From Aplysia californica (Eukaryota), in contig NW_004797276.1 in the NCBI RefSeq assembly GCF_000002075.1, positions 2,239,950 through 2,303,949 of the forward strand: a stretch of DNA of 64,000 bases. Reading direction: 5' to 3'. The position numbers and the translations under genes are program-made. The notes under the pieces were generated by a model. That model was not told where the DNA came from, did not search any database, and saw only the letters and a program-made list of their open reading frames with translations. Shown here in pieces: positions 1 through 14,279 of this stretch (positions are counted from its first letter, which is position 1; every line of letters starts with the position of its first letter).

Positions 1-119
1 TGCACGCTATTTTAGGTGAGAAGCTGCTCTTTGTACAACCATAAGAGAAACTGCAATAGTTTACTCTCTGTTCTGTTGTAATTTGTTAACCTTTGTGTGT
101 TGTCAAACATATTTGGTTG

Positions 120-356
120 AATGATAATACACCATCATATTTATCAAATCTGTTGAGACTGTACATTCCAACTCGCAGTTTAAGGTCACCAGCTGACAAA
201 AAGAAATTTCTTTTACTATCTATGAAACTTAAAACAACGGGTGAAAGGGCATTTGAATATCAAGGCCCCAAGGTCTGGAATGCTTTGCCAAGTACTTTGA
301 GAGAGATCAAATCCTTTTGATTCATTCAAATGTCAGCTGAAGTCATTTCTGTTTTT
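120..356 (+). mobile_element. 3' end of an L2/CR1-group LINE ORF2 (post-RT C-terminus), degenerate
   Basis: Translates to PSYLSNLL..YIPTRSLRS...GERAFEYQGPKVWNALP..LR, continuing after a frameshift as SFKCQLKSFLF, the typical L2/CR1 C-terminal motif. A matching tail (gagcgctatataaatg + (tta)n) lies at 960-1045. Confidence 0.8.
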
Positions 357-389
357 AAATTAATCAGATGAGTATTTGGAGTGATTTGT

Positions 390-909
390 GTCAATTGCTA
401 CCGAGTGACGCAGTGGCAATTGACGAAAATTGACTTTTTGTCAATTGCCACCGAGTAAATTGGAGCTCTTTTGCGTTGGTGGGTAGATCAAGCTTATTGT
501 GCTCGAGTGCTCGGTGTTGTGCGTTCGCCTCTCTGTCCCTCTGTGTGTGTGTGTGTCTTTTCCTGACCCCCGTCCCCCGATTTATGTTCCCCGATATAAT
601 GTGAATTTCTGCTTGAGTTTATGTGCGTTTGTGACCTTCTACTTCTAGAATTGCCTGTGTTGGTTCTACATCAAAGTGTAGGCTAAGGCTAGCCTAGATC
701 TAGGCCTACGTCTCATTGAAAACACGCCAAGTTGGCACCGTAGCTCTAGACTAGATGCTCGTCCAATGAAATCATTGAGAACAAATTGATCCATTAGACA
801 CACATTATGTACAATGCTAAAGATAGTGTTGTTTTCAGACTTGACACCGCTTCACTCTGTGGCAATTGACAAGTGGCAATTGCCACAGCGTCACTCGGTG
901 GCAATTGAC
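390..909. mobile_element. MITE with ~31-bp imperfect TIRs inserted in the LINE 3' region
   Basis: gtcaattgctaccgagtgacgcagtggcaat (390-420) is the reverse complement of 879-909 with 2 mismatches. Confidence 0.75.
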
Positions 910-959
910 GCTACCATTTTCTTTTGGTCAGAACACAGCGTTTTATGTTACTGTTGTAT

Positions 960-1045
960 TGTATTGTAAAGCGCTCAGAGCCTGTGTACTTTTATCGGAG
1001 GTTGAGCGCTATATAAATGTTATTTATTTATTATTATTATTATTA
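960..1045 (+). mobile_element. L2-type LINE/SINE 3' tail with (TTA)n
   Basis: aagcgctcagag...gagcgctatataaatg...(tta)n; related tails at about 2530-2600 and 62345-62412. Confidence 0.6.
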
Positions 1046-1343
1046 GGTATCATCATCTTGTCTATCTCTGCTTTGCTGCCTAATTTTTAGAGAAGAAAAC
1101 ACCTGTGTTGCTGAATCATGTCATTTGAGGTTAAATTATTGTTTTGTGTAAAACTTTTTTTTCTCTCCTACTATCATCTTGGAAATGGGGATAACCATCA
1201 GATTTTATGCACTAGTAGTGACATCTTCCCTGTATCAGTCGAATTTCACACTAAGATCAAGGTGCCTGCAATCTGGAGAGAAAAATTTGAGGAGGCCATG
1301 TCTGAGACATAGGTGGCATTTGTCAAGCTTACCTGTAAACTGT

Positions 1344-2162
1344 TAAGCCCCGGTTACAAGCAACGATAAATTGTATCAGATTCATCATATGAGAGAACTG
1401 TCTGTTTTATCGAACTGTGTTGTCTGTTTACACGTTCCAATCTATCGCCCAGTTTTCTTTCGATTGAGGAGATTCCTAGTCATAAAGCCACCATGTCTGT
1501 TTGCGACGACAGGGATTTGCCTGCTCTCTATGTGAAGGTTTCAAGCTCTGGACTTAATGAATGAAAGGCGAACACTACCTCTAGATCACAGAAGGCCCCC
1601 CCCCCCCCCCCCTCCCTTTCCCCTGTACATTTTGCTATAGCAGAACAGTGTCTTTAGAAAAGGTGGCCATACTGTAGGCCTACCGTGTTGTGTGTAGAAC
1701 CGGAAGCTTTGACTTGACTGCAGGTGTGCAACGCACAAAGTGTCCTTGATGCACAGCTTCACTCCTGACGATCAACTAAATAATAAAATTGCTAAATTAT
1801 ATATATAATAACACACCAAATCAGGTTTTCGGAGAGTAACTTGGCTTATTTTGAGACGCTGATTCCAAATATGAAATCAGTTTTTACCTACTATAATTAT
1901 TTTAACAATTTTGAGTCCTTAGTTTTGTTCTGCTCGGTGGCAAATTTCAAAGTGAATCTTCGTCACAGCGCGTGTCCCTCAAGTGTGACCCTGATCGCAC
2001 GGAAAATATCAAGCAGCGCTTGATTTCTCGACCGAGTCTCCAAACCATCGTGCAATTGTCCAAATTTTGTACAATTTTGTGGTTACACCTAATATTTTAT
2101 GGTATGATCGCTATATCGTCCTGTTTTTTAACAATTTATCATTACGTGTAACCGGGCCTTTA
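1344..2162. mobile_element. Non-autonomous DNA transposon, PIF/Harbinger-like TIRs
   Basis: Left end taagccccggttacaagcaacgataaattgt matches the reverse complement of the right end (taaaggcccggttacacgtaatgataaattgt). The internal part resembles 23995-24420. Confidence 0.65.
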
Positions 2163-2897
2163 GTTGGAGTGAGTTTAAAGAGTCAGTATCACTCAAATGT
2201 ATGTTCCACTAAGACCAAGATATCAGTTTCTTATGAGAGCACCTAGGAAGTGAGGCCAAAAACTCACCCATGGAGTCCTTTTCTCATCTATCTGGAACTC
2301 TCTCCCACAACATTTGAGGGATACAAAGTTGGAGATAAAACACCGTATGAAATGCCATTTTAATAGTTGGTCCTTCTTTTTTCTAGTACTCTTAGCTTCA
2401 TAATATGATGTGTATATTGTTATCATTTATGCTGTAATAGTATGATTGTCTGCTATGTGTTAGCGTTAATCTAAAGGCTGCATGTATGCATGTTCATTCA
2501 TTCACTAGTGTTATGTATGGGTAAAGATGTTGTTAAGCGCCTAAAGCTGTATATTACAGGAATGGGTGCTATAGAAATAATCTGCCTATTCAGTATTAAT
2601 TTTTACATGAGCTTGATTGAGTACATTTTGGACTTAACCTTTTACTATCTATTTGAAACTTTACTTTTCTAATGGGCGATATGGACTATTCTGTCTTTAC
2701 AGAAAGTGTTGTGGAAGGCTTTTAAATTTGAATAGTCTGTCAGCTGTCTCCATGATTTATGGGTATTTTAAAAAACTATTGAAAGATGTGTGTGTCATTG
2801 AAAATCAGAGCATCTGTCCCTTATTTAATTCCAATTTTACATTTATTTCTCTTCATTTTTTCATAAAGTTAATAACTTAAATTTTTTTATGTTCCAG

Positions 2898-3751
2898 GTT
2901 TTTGTCAACACCACTCTCGTGAATTGCCAACAGACATTCGACGGACAATCCAACAGAAAATTGGTTACGCCAAGTTTTATTTTGTAAAGAAGACACAGGA
3001 CCCAGACTCTCCCAAAACAACACCTGCATCTATTTCGGTGGAGGCGTCCCCACGCCGTATGTCTATGGAGATGGCTCGGCGTGCTGCAGGGGGTGCGTTA
3101 TTGCCAGAGTCTATGGTGCGTTCACACAGCAGGCGTGGGAGAAAGTCTGGCCAGCACCTGTCTCGAGGGATGTCTGAGCCCGACGACGTTCTCTCACGTC
3201 TGCCTGTGGTGAGAGGTGGTCCTGACGCGGCGGCGCGGGGCTATTCTGATCTCGCCAGTGATGGTTCTGATCGCTTAGGAGAGGACGGGATGTCTGGTCG
3301 TCTCAGCGCTTCTTCTTCCAGTGAAATATTATCAGACCGATTACCCTCAGACATTACCAGTAGACTGCCAGGAAATCTTTGTAACCGGATCACCAGTGAC
3401 CTGGCACGCAGAATGTCCACTGACTTGGCCGGCCGAGTGCAAGGAGATTTCTCTAGTCGGATGGTGAGTGAGTTGGCAGGCAGGACGTCTACTTCAGAGC
3501 ATATGGGTCGAGCTCCTGAGGACCTGTCTTCGCGAGGTTCAGCAGAGCTTCCCACAAGTTCTGCCGCTGAGCTGCCCAGTAGAATGACATCAGAAATTTC
3601 AAACCGACTGCCTAGCACAGCCATTGATGTCATGTCAGGTAGGACAACAGAAGGAGGTATAGCTGACCAAGCCAACAGGATGGGAGCCATGCCCTCTGGA
3701 ATGTCACGGGGTTTCCTTGATATGCTCAATAATATCTATCCCAACAACTGA
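2898..3751 (+). CDS. Terminal coding exon of a spliced gene: putative BEN-like domain C-terminal helix followed by a Ser/Arg/Gly-rich low-complexity tail
   Basis: Acceptor tttttatgttccag at 2897 (phase 1). The GC-rich frame FCQHHSRELPTDIRRTIQQKIGYAKFYF... stays open to TGA at 3749-3751. The BEN-like call is from motif recall only. Confidence 0.8.
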
Positions 3752-6700
3752 GGAGTTTCTTTCCATTGTGTGAAAACTTTGTTGGGACTGATAGGCCGGT
3801 GAAGCTTCAAAAAAGGGCTCGTTTATTCTCGGTGAAAGCATCTATTGATAAATGCTCATCCACATGTTAGTTGAGAGAAAGAGCTGTGCATATATGCGTC
3901 TTTGTTTCATTATATAATTAGACCCTTCGACTTCTGAACCTGCTGCTCTTGGCTTGCTATATTTGTTTTAATGAGTGGAGTTCTTCTGTTAGAAATACAG
4001 TTTCAAAATTTTATTGAAAGTCAGAATTGGGAAGTAAAACTGAAACCACTGTGCATTCGCTGTACTTATATTATAAGCAAATAATTTTGGTAATGAAGTA
4101 AGTGGCTAAAAGATACTGGAAGAGAAAGGAAAGGGAAACACCACCACCAAACATACTAGCACAAACACACACTCACACCGGAAGAACTCCGGTGGAACAG
4201 GCTTACTTTATATAACTTTAAATATTTGATTGATCATCTCTGTCTTGGAATAAAAGGCTGAATTTTGCCTTTACTCGGGTTTTCTAAAATGTCTCTATTA
4301 GGCCTGTGTCTGTTTAGTACTACTTTTTATTTTGTGGTCTCCAAAATCTGGATCTGCTCACAGAGCTGCACCACTGGCTGGAAAAATGCACTCTTTCTTG
4401 TGAGTTGATTTATGGCAAACCAAACAATAGTTTTAGAACTGCTTTCTTTATGAGTCTTGTCGATATATTACTTGGCTTTGAAAACAAATAGAAATACTAT
4501 ATATAAAGATTTGTCCATTTGGCAGCAAAACTTCTTTGCCACTGCTCATGCCAGTCAAAATGATTGGAGAAACTCCCATGCTAAGAAACTGTGCTGGAGT
4601 TGGAGGGTCAATCATAATATTTGTAGGTAAAAAAAATGGTTATTCTAAGATATGGGATGTTTGCTGCAACTGTAATTGCTTTGTGTAAAATGTTTTGTGT
4701 AAATGAATCTTGAACACACATTTCAGTAGTGAGAGGGCTGACTACCTGTAGAGCTGTGCACGGAGCAATGACTGAGGCTTGCCCGGGGAGGGAAGAGGTG
4801 AGACCTGACATGTAAGACACTATTGCTGTTATTGATCTATTCTCTGAAGGCCAAGATGAGTACACTGTTGTTTTGTTAACGTCTGTTGTGGTTCCTTTCT
4901 CAGTTCATACCATTTACAATATTGTTTCATGTTGACATCAGAAGTGTGTGTTCATTTTCTCAGAAATATTTTACCGAGAGATTGTTGCTTATTTCAGTCT
5001 GCAAAAATGTTCATTATGATTTTTAAGACTATTTTTAAGTATTGTTGATAGGTTGAATCTCTTTTTAAAGATTTTCAGCTTCAGCTGATTGTTTTGTGAA
5101 AATTGTTATGCTTTCACGTGATAATGTTATTATATTCAAATACTGTGAAACTTTGTACACTGTAACTTTCCATAAACAGTAACCCATGTTTTATCTTTCT
5201 GAGGTTTTAGATCACTGTCTTATTGTTGAATAGCAGAGAAAAAAAGTGTATCTTTCCCAAATATTGTCTGAAATGTTGTAATCTTTTAAAATGGATGTAT
5301 ATGTAATGGGTCTGTGTTGTAAACTTATACAATGGATGTATAAGAAATATGAGCACTATAAGAAAAAAGTTGTATGTCCCACACTTATTTGAAATGGAAG
5401 AAGTTCAAAATGATTTTAAAAATTATATTAAGCTATAACGGGTTGACATTTTTTAAAGAGGAGACCCTCAATCAAAGGCAGTGGAGTCTACTTGCTTTCA
5501 ATGTTTCAGACTAATGGTAAATGAATGGATAGTAAATTAAACAGCAGTAGAACATTTCTCCATCCCCTTCCTGTGCCGGGAAACAAGTCATAAACAGAAG
5601 CAGCTGTAAAGAAGATGTGTTTATTTCGGTTTTCATTTACCACTGGAAGTAATTATTCTTTGACCCTGCTCTGACAAAAGGTTTTGTTGCATCTGTCACT
5701 ATTTTAGTTACTGTAGGTTAGGGTGGATTTGATAGGAAGTGGTCACAGAGGTTTGTTATTCCTTTCCTTTAAAATAAAACTCAGTAGTTTTTATCAATGT
5801 TGTTGTTCAGTGCTGGCTGCTTTTACAAATAGAAATTGAAACCTTTGTGTAGTCCATCTATACTCAGTTGCGTAGGTTGGGATCTGGTATTGTTTTTTAA
5901 GGTGAGAAGTTGAATCCTAGATAATTGGGGGGGGGTGTTAATGCAGTGATAATATTTATTTTGCAAATTGACATGGAAGTGAAATAGGCTCTACTGTCTA
6001 AGATGTAATGCGTTTTATATCTCTGTTAGTTCTTCTGCAAATATGAAGTAGGAAGCAAAATGGAATCACTGCATTAGGGGCTAGGGATGTGAGTGTCTGT
6101 GATAGACTTGCACTTAGATTGCTGTCAATCAAAAACTTTCTTGGGTTTTCTTTTTGTTTCATTTTTGTCTCAGTATTAGTTTTTCAATAAACATGCGCTT
6201 ATTTATCAATCGTTCTTTTATTTATGTATTTCCTAGGATTCTTGGCCAGGATGGAATATTCAAAATGCCCGCTCCCCCAAAAAAACTTAAAGATGTCATT
6301 TTTTGTTCACACAGAATGTTTGATGTAATGTTAGAGAATTATAGATCAAAGAACAGGGTATTATTTGTTCATTATGTCTCTTCCTCTTTCCCCAACTTTT
6401 AATTTCCCCTCAGTGCGATCTTATGAGGGGCTGTTGTTTTGTTTTGGGTTTTTGGAGGGTGAAGTTGTTTGCTGAAATGTTTATTGTCAAATTGTCACTC
6501 GTTATAGTTAGTTTTCTTTGTAAAATTCCATTAAACATGTGTTTTATTTCATATTCTACATTGTATGCCCATAGATTTGTGGCTTATCTATTTTATTTCT
6601 TCCTGTCAACATTTATTGCATTTATCCAAAGAAGTGTTGGTTAACTGACATAAATGAGCTTCTTTCTCCCCCCCTTTTTCAAAGTTCAAATTTTTGCAAA

Positions 6701-9700
6701 TTCTAGGAGCATCCTCAAATAAAGGCACTAAAACTTTTGAAGAAAGTTGAATTGGTTGTGGATGATGCAGTTATTCAATGTTTACTAGTAAAAGATTGTT
6801 ATGTGTCGTATTTTAAAACAGATATGGGCAAACTACGGCCAGGGGACCAAATCCGGCCGTGAGCAATTTCAGTCCATTCCACGAGTCCTTAATTAATAGG
6901 CCTACTGAATTTGGCTTGTGGAGAGTTGATGATTATTAAAAACAAATCTTAGCTCAGCTAGAAGGAATACATCTAATATTTTATCTCATAAAATGCCATT
7001 GTGTGACAATTGCTACCTTGTCAGTTTTAGTCTCACTTAAGTCCTATTTTAGCCTGCAACATATTCAGAATTGCTTGAAGTTGATCAGGCCCTGACTTGT
7101 ATACATTTGCCCATGCCTGTTTTAAAACATTTCAAATATTTCAGGTGAGATATTCAATATTTGCTCAGCCTTCGTGCTAGTACTTGCTACATTACGAATT
7201 CTGTGCCTCTTTTAATTGTCTGAACTTGACATTCCTTGTTTTGTTGTTTTTTTGGGCTTGTTTCTCTGCAGGATTGTGTTTTAAAAGTCAAAAGCAAAAG
7301 CTAGGGAATGTGTCCCAATTAAAACAACATTTGATAGAAATGTTTTGTTTCTGTACATCACAGATTATATACCCCTAAGTTTCCAAAGTGACGTACAATC
7401 TTTTACATCACCTGACAACAACAAAAGTGACAAAGCTTTGTGTTCTTGTTTTAATAAATTTTCAGCAAAACTTTTCGGTTCTAAGTACATGGGATTGAAT
7501 TATTTGTGCATCTTTATCTTGCCCTTTATATATCACTCCTTAAAACAAAATAAAATTGCCAAGTGTTTTTGAGCAGCTGAGGGTATGGGAACCACTTGCC
7601 ATTTCTCCGTCCAGCTTGGATTCTGGTCTGAGTGCAATCAGCTAATGAGAATTATACACAGGAAAACACTTAGGTCTGTATGCTTTTCTTTCAGAAGAAG
7701 ATGATGATACCAATGTTGAAACTCTTTATTTCTGCTTGCTGTATACAGCAATTCTTCTGCCAGCCTTTGCGGCCACAGCTGTACACCTATCATGTTGCAA
7801 AATGCCCTTGTGAACTATTGTGCCATAGTTTTAATACAAATTATACAGTTTTACCCTCAATGTGACTTGCTGTTATGTGAATACTCATTAAGAACTTCAT
7901 AGCCATCGGAGACGTACAGAATACTGAAACAACTTGTGTTTGTGCAAGTTTGGTTCTTATTTTTATTTAGTTGTTTTTTGTTGTTTTTTCCTCTCTTGCT
8001 TTACCGCTGCTTTGTTTTCCTGAGAATTTCAAAGATTATTTTGACTATATTGAGCAACTGCCGGTGCTAAGTTTGTAGTTGCCAGTCTCACAAACAGTTT
8101 GGCCTTTTATCATGTCTAGAAAATAAAAGAAGAAATTTGCTTCCCCCCACCCCCCAAAAAGGAGAAATGATATTTCCCCCTTGCCTTGTTTGACAAGATT
8201 GATTACTGTATGTATTATTATATATATACTTTAAGGTATCTGGAGATTAACCCCGACAAATTACACTGTTTAATTCCTGTAGTTTGGAAAATGTGTTTGT
8301 GTACATGGGAAGGAAGAAGGATGTTATTGAAGGAACTCAATAAATTGATTAGATAGGGGAAATGATGTTAATCGCTGTTTTGAGTGTGATTCATATGATG
8401 TCTTTTGCATAGATAGTGCAGTCGTGGAATGTTTTGGGGGACCATAGTGAGTTTTTTATGATTTTATTTATCATTTGAATTGTAAAGTTCTTACTTCAAG
8501 TGTATACTTTACAGCTTTGTATATGGAGCAATTGTTTCTGAAACTGGTAAGAAAGCCATTGTTATTACGGTATTGCAGTTTTGTCTTGAACATTTTCCAA
8601 GTCATGTCAAGGGGATGTAGTTATCTTCTTTGTTTGCTGTTGTCTTCACTGATTGTCTTTGGGGTTTTTTTCGCTAGATGAAGATGCTGCTAATGGCACC
8701 TTCAGTTTCTAATAAGTGAAATAAAAGCTTACATATATAATGTAGTATCATCATAAAAGCATTGAGGGGTGTGATTTCCTCAAAAGATCATTCATAAGTG
8801 TCTTTTAGCTTTGTTGCTTTTTCCTGATCCAAGAGTTATAACAGGGCACCAGAAATTCCATGACATCACTTGACCCGTGGTGTGAAGCAAATGAAGTGAG
8901 CTTAAGCGTCACAATATTTTTCTGTGACGAAAAGGGGTCCTTAGTCTCTATAGAGTGGGCATGGGCAATCTAGGGCCTGTGAGTCTACCCAGTATTTAAT
9001 AATGAATGTGACCCACGGTGAGTGATAATTATCAAAAATAAAACTGTGAGTCTTGAAAATTAAAATTAATAGTTTCCTGCCCAGATGTAAGCAATAGCTC
9101 CCTTGTATATACTGTAGTGTCAGTTTTAGTCTCATTTTTGAGAGCTTGGTCATTTCAACAGATTTTACCAAAGTTTTTCCTGATTTGACGCATGAAATAT
9201 TCAGAATCACTGAATCTGGCCCTAGATTTTTACGCTCTTGCCCATGTCTGCTAAAGATGTGGGGTATCCTGCACACATCAGTAGCCTAGCATTTGTTGTA
9301 GAGATCAAACTACAATATTTTTTTGTTATGATAAAAATCAAAAAAGTACTTAGCCTATGCTGCACCTTGAAATGAGAATAAGAGTGATAAAATTCTAAGA
9401 TTTTGTGCTCTTCTCTCCGCTTAATGCAAGTCTTGATGCTTCTCTGAAAGTATCATGCTTTTGTTTCACTTTAAAAAGCATAGTCTTTTACTGCTTGGGA
9501 AATTCTGTGTGATGCAGTTTGGTGGTATTGTGGAGGATGTGTTATGGGAAATGTAAAAAAGAATTGTTGACTTCTGACATGCTGTGATCTTGAGAGTACA
9601 AGACCCAAGTTGTATACCAGTTTAAAAAACCTGATAGGAGGAAAGAGGTTGGGTTTTGTTTTACTTCACCTTTTTCACTATTGTTGACCTGAGTGAACTT

Positions 9701-12700
9701 GAACCATAATCGTCTTTCAGCAGATGTTGTGGTGGACAGCACTAGCAGCAATGCTCAACAGGTCTTTTTTGCCTCTTTGGTTTTTCCAACATGGACAAGA
9801 ACTTTGAAGAAATCTTAAAATTCCCAACTGTGTCAACTGAAACTTCCTCATATATCATGTGCATGTTTTTGTTTGACCTTAGTGACCGGAGTTTTTACAG
9901 TAATGAACTAGACCTTTGTGTGTTTCTCTTTGATAGCTTTCATTTTGTTGCAAAGAGCATGCAACTCAAATGTGTTAAATCCGTAAAATGGTAAAGTGTT
10001 GCAAGTCTGTACTTTGTTTGAAAGCAAAACAGGGATGTGTAACTATTGTGACCGAGAGCCGTTTCACAAGCTTCCCATTCTCCCTATTGTTCTTTTAAGT
10101 GGAAGTAAAACTCTTATCTTACGTGCTACTGAATATGGATAGGAAAAAAAAAGAAATGTTATCGTGTAATGTAAAATCTTTTATTTCAATGAGCTCAATT
10201 GTATATATGGCTACAACTACAAGTATTATACTTATAAATGTCTGTTGGAAATGTGCTGTACTGCTTCTGTCAATGTTTGTGGTCAACAATTTCTATGCCT
10301 CTGTGATTGTTTCACAAAGTGTTCACAAACGTACACTTAATCACCATAGCTGTTTGACTTTTTAAGTTACCCCTTTATAAAGTTTGTTTTACTTTATTTT
10401 TAAAGGTTCCCTGGATATGTTTCATAAATTCTTCATTGCAATATGAAAGTATGGTGTGGTCACAGATCTCAGTTGTTTATAATAGACTTGATCAGGCACG
10501 AAGGCACCATACTATTCTACTGACTGGTTGCTTCCCAGTAACACCAGCTTTTTTTATTCGGCTATTGAAATTTGGTTAGATGCGCATGCACTTGATGCCA
10601 TGAAATGAAAAGAAAAACAAGTTGGCTTACGGACTATAAACAAAAAGCAGTGAAAACCAGCTTTAGAGTCTGTGTTATCACATTAATTTCCTTCAATAAA
10701 AAGCCTAACTGATACATCTTAGATTATGTCGGTATCAGATTGTATTCGTTGATCACTTCAACAGCATGGTGATCAGTATTTTTGTATCCTTATTGCCCTC
10801 TAGTAGAACAAATTTGTTGTTTTCTTACCCGTGACTGTTGGTGCATAATCAGACAAAAAAAAGTACCCACAGATTCAATTTTTATAATAAAAGAGAATGG
10901 ACCAAGCAGTACTACAATGTTTATATTTTTAGTACATTAACAATAGTTAGCTGTCTGTGTAACCTCTTTACTGTCCAGCCTCTGTGTAGCAATGGTCGAT
11001 CTGCTCACCCTAGACTGTCTCGAGTTGAGGCAGAAAAATGTTTTTGTCTCTGGGGCAAAGGGAAAAATGCCACAGAGAAAAAAATGATGGAGATGCCATG
11101 CAACAATGATACTTCATGAGAGGATGAGTTTTAAGGCTCTGTGAAATGTCATGGTGAAAGTGGTGTCATAGGCATAGTTTATGGTAAAATACGGCCATTG
11201 TTCCCCCCCCTTCCCATAAAAGCAGATCTTCCCGTCTAGTTGTTTTTGTTTAGAAGGTCAACAAATACACTGTCTTGCTCAATCAAGTAACATGTGTTTT
11301 ATACTACAGAGAAACACCTGACAGACATCATTGGTGTGTTGCAGTATTAAATTATGATTGTTATGTGTTGCCTGTTTCTGGGGATCCCTATCCTATCCCA
11401 AGGGTGTCGTGGTACCCATTTGATAATTGCCAACACATAGATAATAATAAATGTCAAATATTGAACATGCTTTCTCAGCGAAACATAATTTTGTTTTTAC
11501 GTTATGACTAGAGCGTACTTAAGACCCACATTATGGTCCTATACACACAAAAAACAAGGCATCAAGACACGTGAGTTTCCTCATAGAACTTTCTGTTTGC
11601 ATTTCCTGAGGAGAAAGACAGGTTGAGTTTTAGTTTTGTATCTGGCTGAACTTGTGGACTTCCCGTACATATTTTTCCAGGCTCCCATCAGTCACTGTCA
11701 GTCTTATGTTGACATTCTATTTGACGACTTCAGAAGGGTGTAGGTGCCAAGGAAAGCTTTCAACACCGTGATGAGTAGGAAATATAACTTATATGTGAGT
11801 TTGAGTTTGATTTGGTATTAGGATCCCTGTAAAATATCAGTCAGTACCGTCGTTGGAGCACAGTGCTTAAATGTATCATGAATGTAAAAAAAAAAAATGT
11901 CAAGCATAGATTATAACACAAAACATGGAAAACTCAAAATAACTAGCTCGTACAATTTGCTATTCCCCAACTGATGTTTCTTTAACTTTAATTTTTCGTT
12001 AAGGATGTACCAAACACTTTTGTCAATCCGCGAGGTGTTTGAGTTATCCATGCCTGACTGTAGGTAGTGCAGCAAAGTACTTCCCTCTGGTCATCCCGGA
12101 TTCGGGTCAAATGCGAAATAAAAAATGTTTTAAAACACGCTTTGAATCCCAGAAACCTTGGCTCTTCTACATTTGCTCTTTCCTAGAAATGAATTTCCTT
12201 TTGTTAAAGTAATTCTGTTACTGTCATACATTGTCGTGATCTTTTCTAGCTTTGGGTTGAGGTCAGGAGGAAAATTAAGTTTGAGATCAAATCGGAGATA
12301 TACGAATGAAGCTCTTCAAGCAGTGAGAGAGTGGTTCATATCATCGTGTCCCTAGCTCTGTCCTACACTGGCACTGGTCAGTCACTCTCATCTCCTCCAC
12401 TCAGTGGGCGCCAAAGTTTTGCTAGAACTCTTCTTTGACTTCTATGAGTAACAGGAACTTGTACAAGTTGTTCTGAAAGTCAAAATAGAAAAATAACTCA
12501 ACACAACTTTGAGTACCGTAATTGCGAGTAGTTGATGACAGTAGTATAGAAAATGCCTGACCTGTGGGAAAAGTTTGCATGAGAGAAAGTGAAGCATGTC
12601 TGTAGGCTTAGACCATCCCCCAAAAATTAATGTTTTAGTACTATCTTATACCTGCCTCCCACCATCACTTGCCCATATGTCAGTGAAAGATTCTCGCTGC

Positions 12701-14146
12701 TTAATATAGAAACTATTGAAATGTGTATGTTACATGCTTATCAGGGACTCACAGTTTGCTGTCATACTGGACCGCAGAGCAGGTGACTTGGATTGAAAAC
12801 CCAGAAAGGTCTTTCTTGAACAGGTAGGTTGTGGAGCTTCAGTGTATGCCTCTCCACCCAGATAAGTTGGTCCTATCTGAGACACACTTTCAGCCCTTCA
12901 CAACGTGGTGAAGGAGGCAAGATGCTGCTCTTATGAAATTCAGCCAATTTTTTTTTCCATACCAAGAAATCTTTCGCTTTTACTTTTAACTTTTAGGGAC
13001 AATTTTTTTGGTTCGCAAACCAGATCTAATTAAAGCTTTGGCAATCGACTACTAAATTGAACACCTTTCATCCTTGGGGATTCAAAATTGTGCTTGGTGA
13101 AGCACAAATTGACCCTGCATCATGGTGGAATTAGTCGTCCTACCTCTTGGATAGCCCTTGTGTATTGACAGTGAAAGAGGTGTGTTGTTTGTCCCTGTGC
13201 TTTGCCGTAGTGCCAACAGGTTCTGGCACCTGTTGCTATGTTGGCTGTGCTGTGATGTCCTGTCTGGGCTGTTTGTTTACAGCACTGGATGTCTGGACTT
13301 GAAGTGTCGGTGAAATAAGAAATATTTGTCGTGATTTCACATGTAACTCACTCTGTGAATCTTCTTTTTTTTTCTCCTTTTGCTGCAAAAATGCACCATT
13401 TGTTCATGTTATTTTACTTACATGTGGCTTATATGTGATCATTTTTATCATTGCATGCCTTCGCCCCATCCTCATGTTACAGTGTATCGTTGTGTGTTTA
13501 GTGCGGGGCACCCGATGTGAAAGACAAAACATGTTGTTGAAGTCATCTCATGGTTGTCCGGACAACTGCCAGTCTCGGTGTCTGTTCCTCAGAGGTTTTG
13601 TTATTACTATTACTGTGGTTTGGGGACATTTATATGAACGTTTTTGTATTGTTTTTTGCGTTAATTTGTATTTTCAGAATGTTGCTACAAATTGTTATGA
13701 ACTATCCCATTACTACGCGCATATGAAATATTGAACAAATATTTGACAATGCCGCATATTATCTCTGAGGTTGCATTCTTTGGCCTTTGAAACCTACCCA
13801 CTCCCCTGAACCCACCAGCTTCTTTCAATACGACTACAACAGTTGAGATGCGTTGTATATCACTGAGATTTTTATGTCATGTTTTGTCCAAACATTGTAT
13901 ACCAATATGACATGCACAGGCCACACTGTTTATGTAAACATGTTGAAAGGAGAGTGGATTGACCAAAATGACAGTCAATGCGGGACATCACGAGTAACGG
14001 TGTAGGTACCCCCTGTACTTGAGTGCATGTAGGCCTACTACTTGTGTTCTGTTCCGACAGGTAGTATGAGATGAGGTTAGGTTTTTGCTTATTACAGAGT
14101 TGCTGTCATTTGTGATCATCTATCATGGTGCTGGTTGTGCAATAAA
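3752..14146 (+). other. Probable long 3' UTR / downstream region of the + gene
   Basis: T/GT-rich, nearly repeat-free and without credible ORFs. Several AATAAA hexamers occur (e.g. 8720, 14141), so the true end is unknown. Confidence 0.35.
11940..12062 (+). repeat. Dispersed repeat (MITE fragment), second copy at 33458-33588
   Basis: tagctcgtacaatttg...gagttatccatg(c/t)ctgactgta is shared by both loci. Confidence 0.6.
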
Positions 14147-14279
14147 AGGTGTTGAAAATAAGAATTGGCTTGTGCTTGTGCTTTAGTTGTATCAGTGTAT
14201 CTCTTGTAGATCTATGTTGTTTTTGTGGGGGGGGGGGGGTTACATGTACAGTCGTGCCACTGACTGTAGTGTCTTTAGG

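Noticed and set aside
3241-3729. 162-aa antisense ORF
   Set aside because: Shadow of the GC-rich sense exon
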